The notes below the pieces were generated by a model. The model saw nothing but the letters and a program-made list of their open reading frames with translations. It had not been told where the DNA came from and did no database searches. The position numbers and the translations under genes were made by a program. Shown piece after piece: positions 14,870 to 28,480 of a stretch of 59,791 nucleotides of DNA; the stretch's first letter is position 1; every line of letters begins with the position of its first letter. The DNA is taken from the NCBI RefSeq assembly GCF_001194135.2, contig NC_068983.1:77655266-77715056 (forward strand), given 5' to 3'. This stretch comes from Octopus bimaculoides (Eukaryota).

Positions 14870-15862
14870 TTATTTTAGTGTATTTGCACAGCTTCTAATG
14901 CTGGGGGTGAACTATGGTTCAGATGTCCATTACCAGCGAACTAAGGCATCACCTGTTATTTTTCGAGCACCATCCGGAGTATTCGAGCGGTTCCAAACAG
15001 TACTGTTTTCTGCAAGTGCTCCACCCTTATTGTAGCCCCTATATGTTCCATGTACTTCTCAAGATTTTTACTCACTACTTCCAGGGATCCGAAAATTATT
15101 GGTAGTACTACCAGCTTTTTCATCGACCACAACTGCTTATACCCCCAAGCTAACCTGTCATATCTATCAACTTTTCTTTCTTCCTTATCGCACACCTTGT
15201 TGTCAGCTGGGCATGCTATATCTATGACCCATCATCGTTTGATTTTTTTTCTCAATTAACACTATGTCTGGTTTCTTATTCCCTATCTCATGGTCACACT
15301 GAATCATAAAATCGCACAGGACCTTTGCATTTTCATTGTTCATGAAGCCTTCGGGTTTATGTTCGTACCACATTTTTGTTCCGTCAAGTCCATACTTGTT
15401 GCAGAGTATCCAATGGATAATCCTTGCTATATTGTCTTGACGTCTCTTATACTCATTGTGAGCAGTGGCTGGTAATATGCCGTACGGTTTCACCATTTTA
15501 TCCACAAATTCTGCATTTATCACTTTCGATGTTTTGTCTTTTCTGTATTTTATGTAATTGGTTCTTAATGCTTGCTTCGTTTCCGGTTTTAAATCATTTT
15601 TAGTCATCCATAGCCATCTTTTTACTCTGTCTGTCTTATCTTCAATATCCGTATGCAATTGATCATGCATTCTTTTCTTTATCTGCCTGTTTTCAGTTTC
15701 ATTTATTCTCAATTCCCTGCACAGTGCTTTATCTTGGCAATCTTCCATCCTACACAAGCCTGATTTTTTTACTTCCAATAATAACGGTCCTGTGGCTTTT
15801 TGTTACATACCATGCTACGTTGTTTCCTTCTGCCTTAATGATGTGTTTGCATCCAATCAGTC
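14870..15862 (-). mobile_element. R4/Dong-clade non-LTR retrotransposon, 5'-truncated 3' fragment
   Basis: WLWMTKNDLKPET, EYKRRQDNIARIIHWILCNKYGL, KVLCDFMIQCDHEIGNKKPDIVLIEKK (RLE nuclease PD motif) and LQKTVLFGTARILRMVL. Ends next to a tta/taa tail at ~14865. Confidence 0.9.
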
Positions 15863-15945
15863 CTGGTTATGAAGTAGATAGAAGAGACGGACTATAAGTA
15901 CTTGGGAATAAATATTGGAAATGGATAAATTGATGGATAAAAAAT
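15863..15945 (+). mobile_element. R4/Dong RT fragment inverted relative to the adjacent copy
   Basis: LVMK*IEETDYKYLGI..ILEMDK is the YKYLG motif of the RT thumb region. Confidence 0.6.
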
Positions 15946-16029
15946 ATTAATATTATTATTGTTGCTGTTGTTGTTGTTTTGGTTTGGCTCAGGTTCGTTC
16001 ATATTCCTGCTAGTATTCATGTGGGTAGC

Positions 16030-16150
16030 GGGTTACTATGTGTAACTTTAGGTATTCAGAAATTTTGAGCAGTCTTACAAGTGCTTAGAACCCTCCAAAT
16101 AATCCTGGTTGTCCCTAAGAGACATACTTTCTGTAGGAGCTCTACCGGGC
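16030..16150 (-). mobile_element. R4/Dong 3' end fragment
   Basis: VELLQKVCLLGTTRIIWRVLST on the minus strand. Confidence 0.7.
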
Positions 16151-16394
16151 CTTTAGCCATTTGGTTATAAATTTGCTTCCTGTTCCCAACGCTCCTTTTA
16201 TTAGAGGCACGACCTTTACTTTTTGCATGCTCCAAATGTTTCCTATTTCAAATTTTAAAGGATTGTATTTTATTGTTTTTGTTTTTCGTCCTCTTTCTTC
16301 ACGATTCTGGAATCAAACGGGCATGATTCTAACGGCACAAAGCTCAAAATTCGATTACACTGACCTCGATATCCACCTCCCATTTATTATAACG

Positions 16395-16512
16395 ATCCGA
16401 AACTACGGAAGGCGAAGTCGACCTCAGTAGCATTTGGATTCAGAGCGTAAGACAGACGAAATGCCGCTTAGTACTTTGTCCGGCGTTTTATTGTTTCTAC
16501 CAGCTAGTCGCA
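16395..16512 (-). mobile_element. tRNA-derived SINE, 5' half
   Basis: Reverse complement: cgactagctggtagaaac...ctaagcggcatttcgtctgtcttacgctctgaatccaaatgctactgaggtcgacttcgccttc. Confidence 0.75.
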
Positions 16513-16514
16513 TT

Positions 16515-16810
16515 TAAAACAATGATAATCATCTTTACAATAGGCCTAAACCCTGAAATTTGTTGGGGAAGAGGAAAGCCAATTACATCGAACCCAATCT
16601 TCCACTGGTACCTAACATATGAATAGCGAAAGGAGTTCATATGTTAAGTACAACGAGGGAGGAGTTCAGTCGACCTCAGTACTCAACGAGTACTAATTTT
16701 TTCGAGCGTGAAACGATGCAAAGGGAAATCAACCTTACAGAATTTTAATTCGAAACGCAATGAATCGGAAGAAATTCCGCTAAGCATTTTATCCGCCAAG
16801 CATTCTGACA
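16515..16810 (-). mobile_element. Degenerate tRNA-derived SINE(s)
   Basis: Diverged matches to the tail and core (tactcaacgagtact, ttacatcga..ccactggtac) and head (ttccgctaagcattttatccg) of the same family. Confidence 0.6.
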
Positions 16811-18433
16811 GTTCGTTGCCTTAAGAACAATGATAATTATGAATCCTAATATAAGCAGAGTGCGATCAAATTCGTCAGCTTGTTTGAGTTGACGATGATA
16901 ATAGTCATTCCAGCTGTGATTATACAATTTATATTTCCAATCACATATTTTCAACAATTCATTCATTTTTAAGTAAGTTAGGATTTAAGAGTTTAAGCAA
17001 TTATTTCTAGGAATATAAGTATAGGTTATCCGGTCGGATTATGTAAAGAGGTTTCATTTATTAATAGAAAAATGTATTACATAACGCCATAAAACTTTTA
17101 CCCGTTTTAATATGTGAAATGATGTCTGTATTTGTCCTTTCATGTGATATATCACCATGCAAGTTTCCGATGGCCAAGCTATGACAAATAATATAAAAAA
17201 ATCTTAATCGTTTTACTTTGCAGCAAATTATAGTTCACATTGATTTTATATGAAAGTCAATTAACTTGTAAAAGCGCCCGCAATGCCAGTATGCTCCAAT
17301 ATTGAGAGAGTTGCACATTTATTATCAGCAACCCGAGAATAATCACTATGTGGTAACTCGATCTGTATGAAATATCAAACACATCCACTTCAAATCACAT
17401 CTTAGCGTCTTTAAAAAGAATAACCTAGCCCGATGTTTATTAGGCCAATGAAAACAATGGATCGTATCTGATCAATCGCAACCGATATGGAATTAAACAA
17501 GAAGAACAAACAACATTTAATATCTGCGTTACAATGCAGGAGTGAGAATACCTGCTTTATAATTTATGAAGTCTAATTATTTTTCGACCTGACATTATCC
17601 TTACTCGTGGATGTTTTCTCATAAAATTCATATTTTTCATCAAAACTTCATTGGAATTCCTTTATCAGATGCATAATGCAATCATTCTGCATGCCACAAA
17701 GCAGTAGTTTCCTGTTCATGATAGAAAAGAAAAATTGACTATAGGCCAGCATTTTTTTTTTTTTTTCAAACTGATATTTGTAAACAACCAGTTTTTGCAA
17801 AGATATCATAATTAATATAAACATAACACTTTGTACAATCAACTATATTACAGCTGGTGGCGAACGAGTGAACGGCTATAAATTAATAAATCAAAATGAG
17901 TACCACGTAGATTGGATTTGTCAAATATACATCCTTTCGATAACAGTAATTGCACCGTCATGGATACAGAGCCATGGAGAAAGAGGATTTATTAATCAAA
18001 GGACTTTGCATACTCTTTACTGTGACACACTGCAATCAACTTTCTACTCGCTCTGCAAACGATACAAAAAAAAAAAATGAAAGCAGTACGCTGAGAATAA
18101 TTCAAGCAATGATCCCCACTATTTCTTCTTGTGATGCCCAAAAATAAAACCTTCAACGAAATTATGGTAAGTTCAGACAATTGGATTAAAATATGAACAA
18201 TGTAGTTCTCATAGAATAAATATCTTACAATTATCGAGTTTCCTTATTTATATATTTTTATATTTAGTATGTCTGTGCTGTAGAATTTATATAGCTTCTT
18301 AAGTTTTAATGAAGCAATAAATACATTGCTCTTTCTCCTCCATTTTGTGTATTATGTATGTGTGTGTGTGTGTGCATGTGTGCGATGTGTGTGCATGTGT
18401 GTTTGTGTGCTGTGTGCTTGTATAGGTGTATGC

Positions 18434-18502
<69 letters not shown>

Positions 18503-20889
18503 TAGAATCATTATCCTATAGTTCTGTATCCCGTTTACTAGTAAAACCTAATACCCCAGCATCATGTACCAACTAGAATGATTTTATATCATACACACAC
18601 ATACACAGACACATAAACGCACACACACACACATACATAANNNNNNNNNNNNNNNNNNNNNNNNNNNNNNNNNNNNNNNNNNNNNNNNNNNNNNNNNNNN
18701 NNNNNNNNNNNNNNNNNNNNNNNNNNNNNNNNNNNNNNNNNNNNNNNNNNNNNNNNNNNNNNNNNNNNNNNNNNNNNNNNNNNNNNNNNNNNNNNNNNNN
18801 NNNNNNNNNNNNNNNNNNNNNNNNNNNNNNNTATACATATTTATATATACTTTAGTAGCTTTTGAAATTCACACACATAGACACACGCGCAGGCACACAA
18901 ACATAAACACGTATATAAATGTATATATCACACACAAACATCAGAAATTCAAATATCCTTTTGATATACCTTTGTCAAGATCCCAACATTTGACTCTGCT
19001 GGGGGCTTAATTACATATATCAAAATCAATATATAAAAACAGATATTATTTGATATTCAGAAATATTCAAATATTACCAACATTTATGAAAGTTCTGATC
19101 ACCATCATCACCACCACCATTGTCACTATAAATTAAAAAGATAAAAAGAATTTGAAAACCCCGGTTAAACAATAAATTTATTCCTGTTTATCATTGACTT
19201 CATGTTTTGCTATCATTTTTTTTCTATACCATCTGTCATTATCTGATCTAGACTGACATGCTTGACCTAAACAGAATAATTTGTCTTTCTAGTGAAATAT
19301 GTCAATAAATTTTGTTTACACATGAAATATCAAAGAACGTATTCAACCAAAGAGTTCATGTCAAACCTATTATATTCTCTTTCGATAAGAACATATTCCT
19401 TGGACTCCAATTCTTTAACATCCATTTGATTTACACAATATTTTTCCATCTCCCCATCGTTTTAAAAATTTCGTTTTAATTGTTTCTTTTAGCCTTTGTG
19501 TTACCAAGACCAAAACTTTTCCTATGCTCATGAGCTTTATTTCATATAAACATTTTCCCCTACTTCGATCAGGTAAAGAGAAGAACATGATGCAATACAA
19601 AACTGAATGCATATTCTATGCATTTTGACTATCAATACCAGCACAATAGTCCAAAGAGATAATATAATCTGCAAGTATTTAAGCAGCCACAATGACCACG
19701 TCTACAGTATTGTGCACGGCCTATACAACCATTTAGAAAAGTGAAGATGGCGATAATGCGGAGAAACAACTATGACACCAGGGAATACTTTTCATGGCTT
19801 CCTCTAAATTCATTCCAAAACCTTTACAAATCTAACATAAATCTCTGCATGTTCATACTTAAAATGGATAGGTCAGCTGATAGGTTTTCTCCTTACGTTA
19901 AAGGTTATACTGAGGAAGCTTGCAGAATATGACAAATCTGGAGTCTATACTAATATGTTATGATATAATGAAAAAAACCATTGCGATGAGAAACTTTAGA
20001 TAATCTCTACGCGTTACACAACTTGTCAAAATTAAAAACAGAATATTGTTCAAATCACACCAAGTTGCACATAACCTATCAGAAAAACAGGCTAGTTGTA
20101 ATTAGAACAACTCTCGTTAGATGACCTTTGGATTAGGAAGGATGTGCTAACATAAATTTAACATTAACGACAAAAGCAAAAATTATCAATACGCCAACGT
20201 TGGCGTGTAAGTATACGTTGGACTACTGTAGGAAATAGCAGATATATCGCATTGGAACCATCTTAGAAATACGTTAGATCATGTATTTCGAGATATATTA
20301 TTCCTGAAATAAAACAAGAAAGCTGAAAATAATTTGACCATAGCTGTGCGCAATCAAGGAAGAACGAAGTAGTTAAACAATGTCAATAATATATAAAAAC
20401 TAGACAGAAGCTAATAATATTAACAAATGCTGTCAAATAATTTCTCTCTCATATCGATGGCATTCACAAAAGAAAGGAACATAGTGCATATTCAACAGGT
20501 ACCATTTTAAATTTATTGTTTAAATCACATAAAAATCGCATAGTGCAAAATAGGGAAATTAACTAAAAATAGATAATAATAGCTATTATTATAAAACGAC
20601 AAAACTATCCCCTAGGAAAAGCTTAAGGACAGCAATATAATTGCATTCTTAACTCCTTTATAGGCTTCATTGTGAATTCCTTAAGTAGTATATTATAACA
20701 CTGTAGCAATCAGAGGAGTAAAAGCCCTTCTCTTGCCAGTTTGGTATTACTAAAGAAAGGCAATGTAGAATATACTACAGAGAGGCGTACGAAAAAATAT
20801 TTCGGGTTCTGTAGCATAGTGTAAACAGAGAAATAAATTTACATACACCAAAATAAGCCTCAGACTTTCGTTTGAAAGTATCATTGTAT

Positions 20890-21540
20890 TATTTCAACCG
20901 CTTGTAACTGTTGTTCAGAAGCCATGTGTAGTAATTTACATGTTTGCTGATGAATCCAACGTTTAATTGTTGTACACATGTGAAATGATATAGTTTCAAC
21001 TTTAGACTTTTCAACACCCGTTAACATGGCTTCCTGCTTATATGAGAACGCTGTGTCAATTCACGTGTTGACTTCTTTGGACTTCGAGTAATCTTTTGGC
21101 GAATGTCCTGACAAACTTCCGACGTTCGAACTGTAGGGTCTCTGTTTTGGGATGTGTACACTGACCCCGTAGCGCGCCACTTCTTAACTAACATTTGTAT
21201 CGTTCACTTTGCCGGTAAACATTTACCTGGAAACCTGACTTCAAAAATTTCACGCGTTTGCTTAACAAAATATATCTTCACATACGCTTCTGCAATCTCC
21301 TCTCTTTCCGCTACTGAGTATGTCATTTTGCAGAGAAGGTAAGAAATGTTTATTCAACGCAATCTTACAATCCACAAATGTGGTGAAGTTGCATTGAGGA
21401 TAACATAGCAAATGGTGCACCATCTTTGTTCAGCAGTTACAACCGGTGTAAATAACACATTAGCACTTGCAAACGAAAGGTGCTTTTTCGTGTGTAAATT
21501 TACTTCTGTGCTTACACTTTGCTACGGAACACGGGCTACT
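20890..21540 (-). mobile_element. Tc1/mariner (DD41D/Visitor-rosa-like) transposon, 5' part
   Basis: From ATG at 21326: MTYSVAEREEIAEAY...FEVRFPGKCLPAK*TIQMLVKKWRATGSV...TRSPKKSTRELTQRSHISRKPC*RVLKSLKLKLYHFTCVQQL. This is the typical N-terminal HTH pair of that group. Two stops, truncated before the DDD domain. Confidence 0.75.
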
Positions 21541-22394
21541 TTTTTTGTGTGCCACCCTTTAGAATCAAGCATTTAGTTCATAAGGGATTAGTTAACTTTA
21601 AAATATTACAAATTATAACATGCAATGTAATTTCTGTAAATAGCGGATATTCAATGTCCTTCTATTAATTCACTTTACAAAATGAAATTCTTAAGTAAAT
21701 CTATATCTATCAACTTATATACATCTTTAAATACCAAGAATGAAGTATCGTTGTGGTCAATTGATCATTAGATCATACCATCTAAATATGCAAACAAGCA
21801 TATATGCATCAACTCACGATATAGTTGTATAAAATACCAAGTTACATTGGATGACATAGTCTTAGATAACTTGCCAGATATCACATACTACACGCTTGAA
21901 CAGGACTGATCACAACTGTACACGATCTGCGCAGACATTGCCGTAAAGCAGCAAGAGCGATAAAATTTCTAAAGGTAAATCTAAAGCAAATAAACCGGTG
22001 CAGTTATTGACATGAAATACGTGATAAGACACTATTCCATATAACAACTTGCACCTTTATTATGCAGAAATTGAATCTTTAAGATCGCATATTATATAAA
22101 CATGGAAAAGCTATCAGTGGTATATTGTGTTGGGTAAATGCACTTATAATGTTTGTTTCAGACTCGTTATTGAAGAAGAATTTGTGTCCTTTAATCTGGA
22201 ATCGTCTTGCGTGATCGCAGGTACGTTCATTGTATGCTGATATTCATTCGTACATACATACGTACATACAAACACACACACACACACACATATATACATA
22301 TACACATACACACACACACGCACACACACACATATATATTTATATATATATATATATTATATTATTGTGGTAACAACACTAGTAGTAACAACAA

Positions 22395-22610
22395 GGTAAA
22401 GTTACCTTCTCGAGTCATGCCGTCTCATAGATGCGGGTCTTTCAGTTTCATAGCGTATAAGTTCCCCACCTGGATGGGCCGCCAGTCCGTCTCACGATAC
22501 CTCATTTTTGCTAGCTTAGTAGATTGGAGCAATGGGAAAGGAATAGAAACTACAACCTTAGAATAATGAGTCCAATACCCTATTCAGTAAGCTACGCGCC
22601 TCCACTATAA
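22395..22610 (-). mobile_element. tRNA-derived SINE of a second family
   Basis: The reverse complement starts gtggaggcgcgtagcttactgaatagggtattggactcat (tRNA-like A-box head), followed by a body with ctccaatctactaagctagcaaaaatgag. Confidence 0.7.
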
Positions 22611-23561
22611 CAGTAACGACGACTAGAGGAGACGATACATATGATTAAATAACTGTTGTCTCAGGTGGTTATACTTAAAATTGTCAACAAGTTTGAAACC
22701 TTAATAAGAAGGAAATAATGTAAGAGCCCTTATCGATAGTTAATTCAGTATTCATGTGGGTAAAATATTGAGAAGTATGATGAGCAGATTCGAAATTGCT
22801 ACAAGGCATTTTCTAGATAAATATGTACAAATTTAATACTTTTTTGTTTCCTGGAGCTAATAAGTTTCAATCTATAATTCTTCATCTTGAAATTTCATTG
22901 CACTTAACTTATAAAATATCCCTCTAGGCTTCATTTCCCTGAAATATGAATGCAAGAAGAATAAGAGAGTAAATATTCATAACCCTTTCAGAGGTTCGTA
23001 TTGACATTTTCTGTGAAGTGACAAGTAAAAAATAATGTTGAACCTTAAGTAGAGGACAAAAATGCAAAACTTTCTGTTTTTTTCTTATAGATTTCATATA
23101 AAATTTACTAAAGCCAGCAAACATTTAGTAAAATATATATATAATTTTAACATGCCGGAAAGAAGAAATTATCTCCCACTTTCCTTTTCTGAACAACTCT
23201 CATCAATCCCTGATTATATAACGACTTATTTCACACTTCACAAAAATGATTTTGGAATTACTGAAGCAAAATTCACACCAGTCTCTTACCATTGTTTCTT
23301 CAATCACATTTCCATAAGCTTTAACACTTTTTAACAAAAACACTCTAACATGTGTTTTGCTTCTTGAAATTTACTGTTTAATTCAACATAAACTAACTCA
23401 ATTATAGGAATATGTTTTAGTAAACATTGTATGGACTGTGAAATTCCTGGAACTAAATATTCCCTAACTCTAGAAAAACAATTTCACATATAAAAGTCTA
23501 GACATATGTATCCCCTTATATACAAAGATCATACAGACACACACAACCCATGCACGCACAG

Positions 23562-23566
<5 letters not shown>

Positions 23567-23638
<72 letters not shown>
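23567..23638. repeat. (CA)n microsatellite
   Basis: About 36 perfect CA units. Confidence 0.98.
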
Positions 23639-23640
<2 letters not shown>

Positions 23641-24181
23641 TACACATTCATGCACCTGCAAAATCACATGCGCGTCAATTATCTGTTCGCAGGTCAGTTC
23701 GACCGGAACAACTCTGCAACAACTACAAGAATCTCACTAAACAGTTTGACAGTCCTTCTATCTTTAACAAATTTCAAGTACTTAAATACTTAATCTAGCA
23801 AAGAACACTCTTGAAATTTATGCTTGAAATTTACCAATAGATGTGAAATCGATATTGGTTTGGATTGGTCTTTGTAAAATGTCTTAAATAATACATTAAT
23901 CGATATGTATTTTGATATCCTACTTCAAACAGCCCCAAGGCCAGCAAAGAAATCGTAATCATTAATGTTGTCATCTTCCTCCTCACCACCACAGTCAACA
24001 CCAATACAATCGGCGCCACCAATACATTCAACCTCAAAAATTATCAGACAGCAGCACCACCACCAACATCACCATCACCAGCGGCATTGCCACCGTCCCA
24101 ACCTACATTTCTGCTAATGACACTGAACTATTGCAGATTTAATCAACGATAATTGAAACAGTATTAAATGACACACCAAAC

Positions 24182-24193
24182 GTAGTAGTAGTG

Positions 24194-24240
<47 letters not shown>

Positions 24241-24247
24241 AGCAGAA

Positions 24248-24278
<31 letters not shown>

Positions 24279-24301
24279 AAGCAGAAGCAGCGGCAGAAGC
24301 G

Positions 24302-24362
<61 letters not shown>

Positions 24363-24385
24363 CAGTAGTAGTAGTAGTAGTAGTA
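24182..24385. repeat. Compound trinucleotide repeat (GTA)n-(GCA/GAA/GCG)n-(GTA)n
   Basis: Direct reading. It explains the poly-V/A, poly-L and poly-Y/C ORFs. Confidence 0.97.
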
Positions 24386-24830
24386 AACTGGAAACATTAC
24401 TACAGACTGTGCATGGATTTACCAAAGAAATAAACATGAAATTCAACTTCGAAAAATGTGCCAAATCAAATTTCAAAAGAGGAAGTTTAGCTTAGAGTAA
24501 TTATATCACACTACATAAAGCGAATGAAATAAGAAAATTAGACCAAAGGCAGACCTACAAATACTTAGGATTCAATAAACTAAATACGGAACAACACACA
24601 CAAGTGAAAACGAAATTGAGAAAGGAAAACTATACACGAATTAGATTAGTACAAAAAATAGACTTCAATGCGATAAACAAGATAATAGGTATCAACACTC
24701 TAGTCTTCCCAGTTGTAACTTACAGCTACAATATTCTTAATTAGATTCTACATGAATTAACGAAACTAGACAGGAAAACAAGAAAAATAATGAATTTGGA
24801 CACACCACCCAAAAGCTGTCATAGAAATGG
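24386..24830 (+). mobile_element. R4/Dong-clade RT internal fragment
   Basis: KLETLLQTVHGFTKEINMKFNFEKCAK...TYKYLGF...NKIIGINTLVFPVVTYSY...LTKLDRKTRKIMN..HHPK. Confidence 0.85.
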
Positions 24831-24989
24831 CTGATTTAAGTTCAAATTTCTGAAAAAGATTCCAATCCACGTTTCCGTATTCCAACTTCTACTGTTATGC
24901 AATCATTTGTTACTTTTGACTCAGCATCTGAATTGTGGCCTCATTACTGCTTAAGATTCTGCACCTTAATTATGGCAAATGCTGTGCCT

Positions 24990-25395
24990 GACCAGGGCAA
25001 GACTCAAATTCTTTTAACAAATCAAGCAGTTACCATTTATAAACAACTGGCGAATATGGCTACTTAACAGAGTCCACCAAAGGATATTAATGAGCTGACA
25101 ACGGAAGAAATTGTCAAATTTAGGAAGGAACAATTTAACGCAAAACATTTCATTGTGCAAGAAGGTTTCAAGTTCTAGGATGACATGCAACGGAAGCCAC
25201 GCGAAACTCTCCAGGAACTGATAGCGTGTAAACGACAAGATGATGCTACCTGTGACTTTCATTCTATCACAGATCCTGAAGGTGAAGCCCTTACACAGAG
25301 ATACATATGTTCTGTCAACAATAAAGCTATCGTAAAGGCTCTTTTTAAGATCAAGGACACAGAGCTGGAATTTGTCCATGCTCTCTAAGTCGCTG
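24990..25395 (+). mobile_element. Ty3/Gypsy gag-like fragment
   Basis: LTNQAVTIYKQLANMAT*QSPPKDINEL...EQFNAKHFIVQEGFKF*DDMQRKPRETLQEL..RQDDATCDF..DPEGEALTQRYICSVNNKAIVKALFKIKDTELEF resembles K02A2.6-type Gypsy gag. No LTR or pol is seen. Confidence 0.7.
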
Positions 25396-26029
25396 AGTTA
25401 CTACCTTGAAATTATTTAGTCAATAATATCATCCCCCAATACAGTTCTTTGCACATGGTCAGAAGCATGTTACATTATCAAAAGCGTCAAGAAAAGAAAA
25501 TATTAAAATATTAACCGAGATAAATGAAAAGGGTACATTTGCTGACAATTGTGTCTGCAAAAAAATTCTACAGTGATGTGAGACATTCTTTTAATTGAAA
25601 TGTATTTAAGTTTCTCTTTTATTGCTAAGAAAGGGACACTAGAAACAGTTAAGGCGTCTATAAGTGAATATAATGAAACAACAATATAGCAAAACTTAAC
25701 TTTTCACATTGGTAAATGCGATTCATTAAACGCCAGCAGAGTATCTATTTTCAAATTCACTCAAGTGAAGATTCATGAAAATTTTCCCTTGACAGTCTCA
25801 GCTCCTTTCCAATTTTCATTATCGTCTTTTTTAAATGCGTCATGGATCATTTTACTGATTACAGAATAAACTATAACAGAGTCTTTATTCAATCCATGAG
25901 CATATTGTCAATTTACTCTATAAGTTATGCATCATATCTATATGTATACATTACATCAATATGCACAACATCCGGGGGCAATGCACAGAAGAAAACCACC
26001 CGGGGGTGGTTTTTCTGCTAGTAATAATA

Positions 26030-26480
26030 ACAGCTGCATCAATGAGCAGAACACTCTACATGGCAAAATATGTGATCCATAGCAAACAAGTTGATGCTGA
26101 CCAGAAGCACACCCATAAATGACTACGGAGCTCAAGGCTAAAAGCAGAGAGAGAAGGCCTCATCTGAGCTGCTCAAAATCAAAGCTTATTAACCTGGAAC
26201 TACCAATATTATGTGATGAATAATCGAGTAGATTTTTCATTACATCTCGGCAAAATAACCTCGCAAGCTCACAAAATAAAAAGATTTGTTCATTGCAATC
26301 AAAAGATATGTAAGATCTCAAGGTGGTAAATACCAGTGATAGTAGGATGACACGGAATTATTAAACAATGAACTGAGGATCATTTGAAAATGATATCTGG
26401 TTCACTCTCCTTGCAAGAAGTGCAAAAGATTTTTTAACAGGTACGTCACACATATTGAGAAGAGCATTGTGACTGTAAGA
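26030..26480 (+). mobile_element. R4/Dong-clade 3' fragment with internal deletion
   Basis: Frameshifted LHGK...LKA..EGLI*AAQNQSLLT.NY, then IPVIVG*HGII..SLQEVQKI.LTGTSHILRRAL. Confidence 0.7.
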
Positions 26481-28437
26481 AAGATTACCACTCATGTAAT
26501 TTTTTCACATACCTTATTTGAATATATATGTGTTTATTTTAATGGCTTATCAATGTATACAATGAGTTTTCTTTGCCCTAAGTATTGCGAAGACACTCAG
26601 CAAGAAATAGAATCAACATTGAAAGAAGGAATGGTAATGACAATAATAATATTGCTAATAACATTAATGTTTATCGTTGTTGTCGGTTAAGTTTGGTACA
26701 AGAGGTGAAAATTAGACAAGTATCTAGTAACGAAAGAACCAAATAAATATTTGTTTTCAAGTTCCTTCGATCATTTATGCCTTTATCTTTGGCAGTAATA
26801 TTTTATCTCATTTTCTATCATGATAAGGTTCCATGTTTGTAATCAGTGTTGTTGTTGTTTCTGTCATTATTATTATTATTAGCATTATTATTATCATCAT
26901 CATTATCATCATCATCATTATATACATATATATGTAAAACATTTCGCATGCGTGTGAGACTGTGAATGTGTGTAGATGTGTGGAGTTGTAGAATTAAGTG
27001 AAGACGATTAAAAATTAAAGACTCGAGAAGGATTATATGTGCGTGCGTGTATATGTGTGGTAAGAAGTAAGAAAGCAAACCAATGAAAGTGAATGCGAGC
27101 ACAACTTACAGGAACAAACACACACAACCACACACTTATATATATGTATATATATGCATGTACATGTATGTATGTATGTATGTATGTTCAAATGAATGTA
27201 TGTACGCATGTATGTATATTATATGAGAATTTGCTACAGTGGAGAGATAGGAAGATAATGTTGGATAAAGACAATAACTAACAGGTTTTGAGATTAATGA
27301 AGGAAAATAATAAAAACAATAATGAAAAGAAATGAAAAAGTGAAGGGAGCTAAAATACCGTAAAACAAACTAAAAAGTAAAGTTAAAGAAAATGAAAAAG
27401 AGAGTGAATTTGAAAGATGGTCTGCTACAAAAATGCGATAGAACTGTGAAATTTCGATGAGGAAAGCCAAGAAACAAAACAGGAAAGGAGAGAACAAGAT
27501 ATTGGAATAAAAGGAAAAGACAATTATAGGAAACTGTTGTTGTTGAAAACGTGCAATTTTGAATATGTTTGTTGTTGTTATATTTGTTGTTATTCGTATT
27601 GATATTGACCCTTTCAAAAACCTAGTTGAAATATGGGAAAACTAAAGGTTGATATAAGAAAGAATGAAGAGAGGGGAAAAGTGTGTGTTACAGCGAGAAA
27701 GATAAATATAGGGACTATATATTGCAGATTAGAGTTCAAATGTCAGTTATAAATCTAAATGATCAAAGATGGTGTAACCTATGTTTACAGACAGAGAAGA
27801 AGGCCTCAATAGCAAAGCTTATCGTTAACAGTTAATCAAAGTGTCTCTAGCTCCATTGATGAATTATTAGTTCTACTGACAGCAACCATATATCAAATAC
27901 AAATGTTTCCAAAGATATTCCATGCTTCTTTTTATTTTTTCAGAAATATCTCGAGCAATAAATTAACTAACTATCATGACGTATATATTCAGGTGACTTC
28001 CGAACGAATATAATTAATTAATGATACAAATAAACGAGTTATAATGAGGATCAAACAAATACTTTATCATATTTGAGAAGAGGTGCCGACTACGACCAAC
28101 GAATATAACATGTAGTCAAGGTCACGTCAAATAATTGCTATTTCTTTTTAGGGCATGAAAATACTTTAGAGTAAATAGCTTCGTATTCTATGCAAATGAA
28201 AATTTTTTTCCAACTTAAGTATCATCTGACGATATTCAGAATAATCTATTCCTACCCAAGTAATAAATACACGATCTCTGCAACAATGTCAGTCAGTTTC
28301 TTATGCAACTGTTACAATGGCGTATGCTCGCATGAACTTAGGCTATGCGATATTACTAACACTAACCCAATCCCCACAGTACCGATAATTGAGTGACAGG
28401 TCTTCTATAAGGTCACTCGAATTTGAGACAACGCAAC

Positions 28438-28480
<43 letters not shown>

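Noticed and set aside
17854-18166. Possible exon (tattacag|...attatg|gtaagt) containing a signal-peptide-like MEKEDLLIKGLCILFTVTHC
   Set aside because: All three frames stop before the donor, there is no recognisable homology, and no partner exons were found. It could only be a UTR exon, which needs RNA-seq.
25990-26016. Small hairpin agaaaaccaccc-gg-gggtggtttttct as a terminator
   Set aside because: Intrinsic terminators are irrelevant in animal nuclear DNA, and an isolated 12-bp stem is not remarkable.
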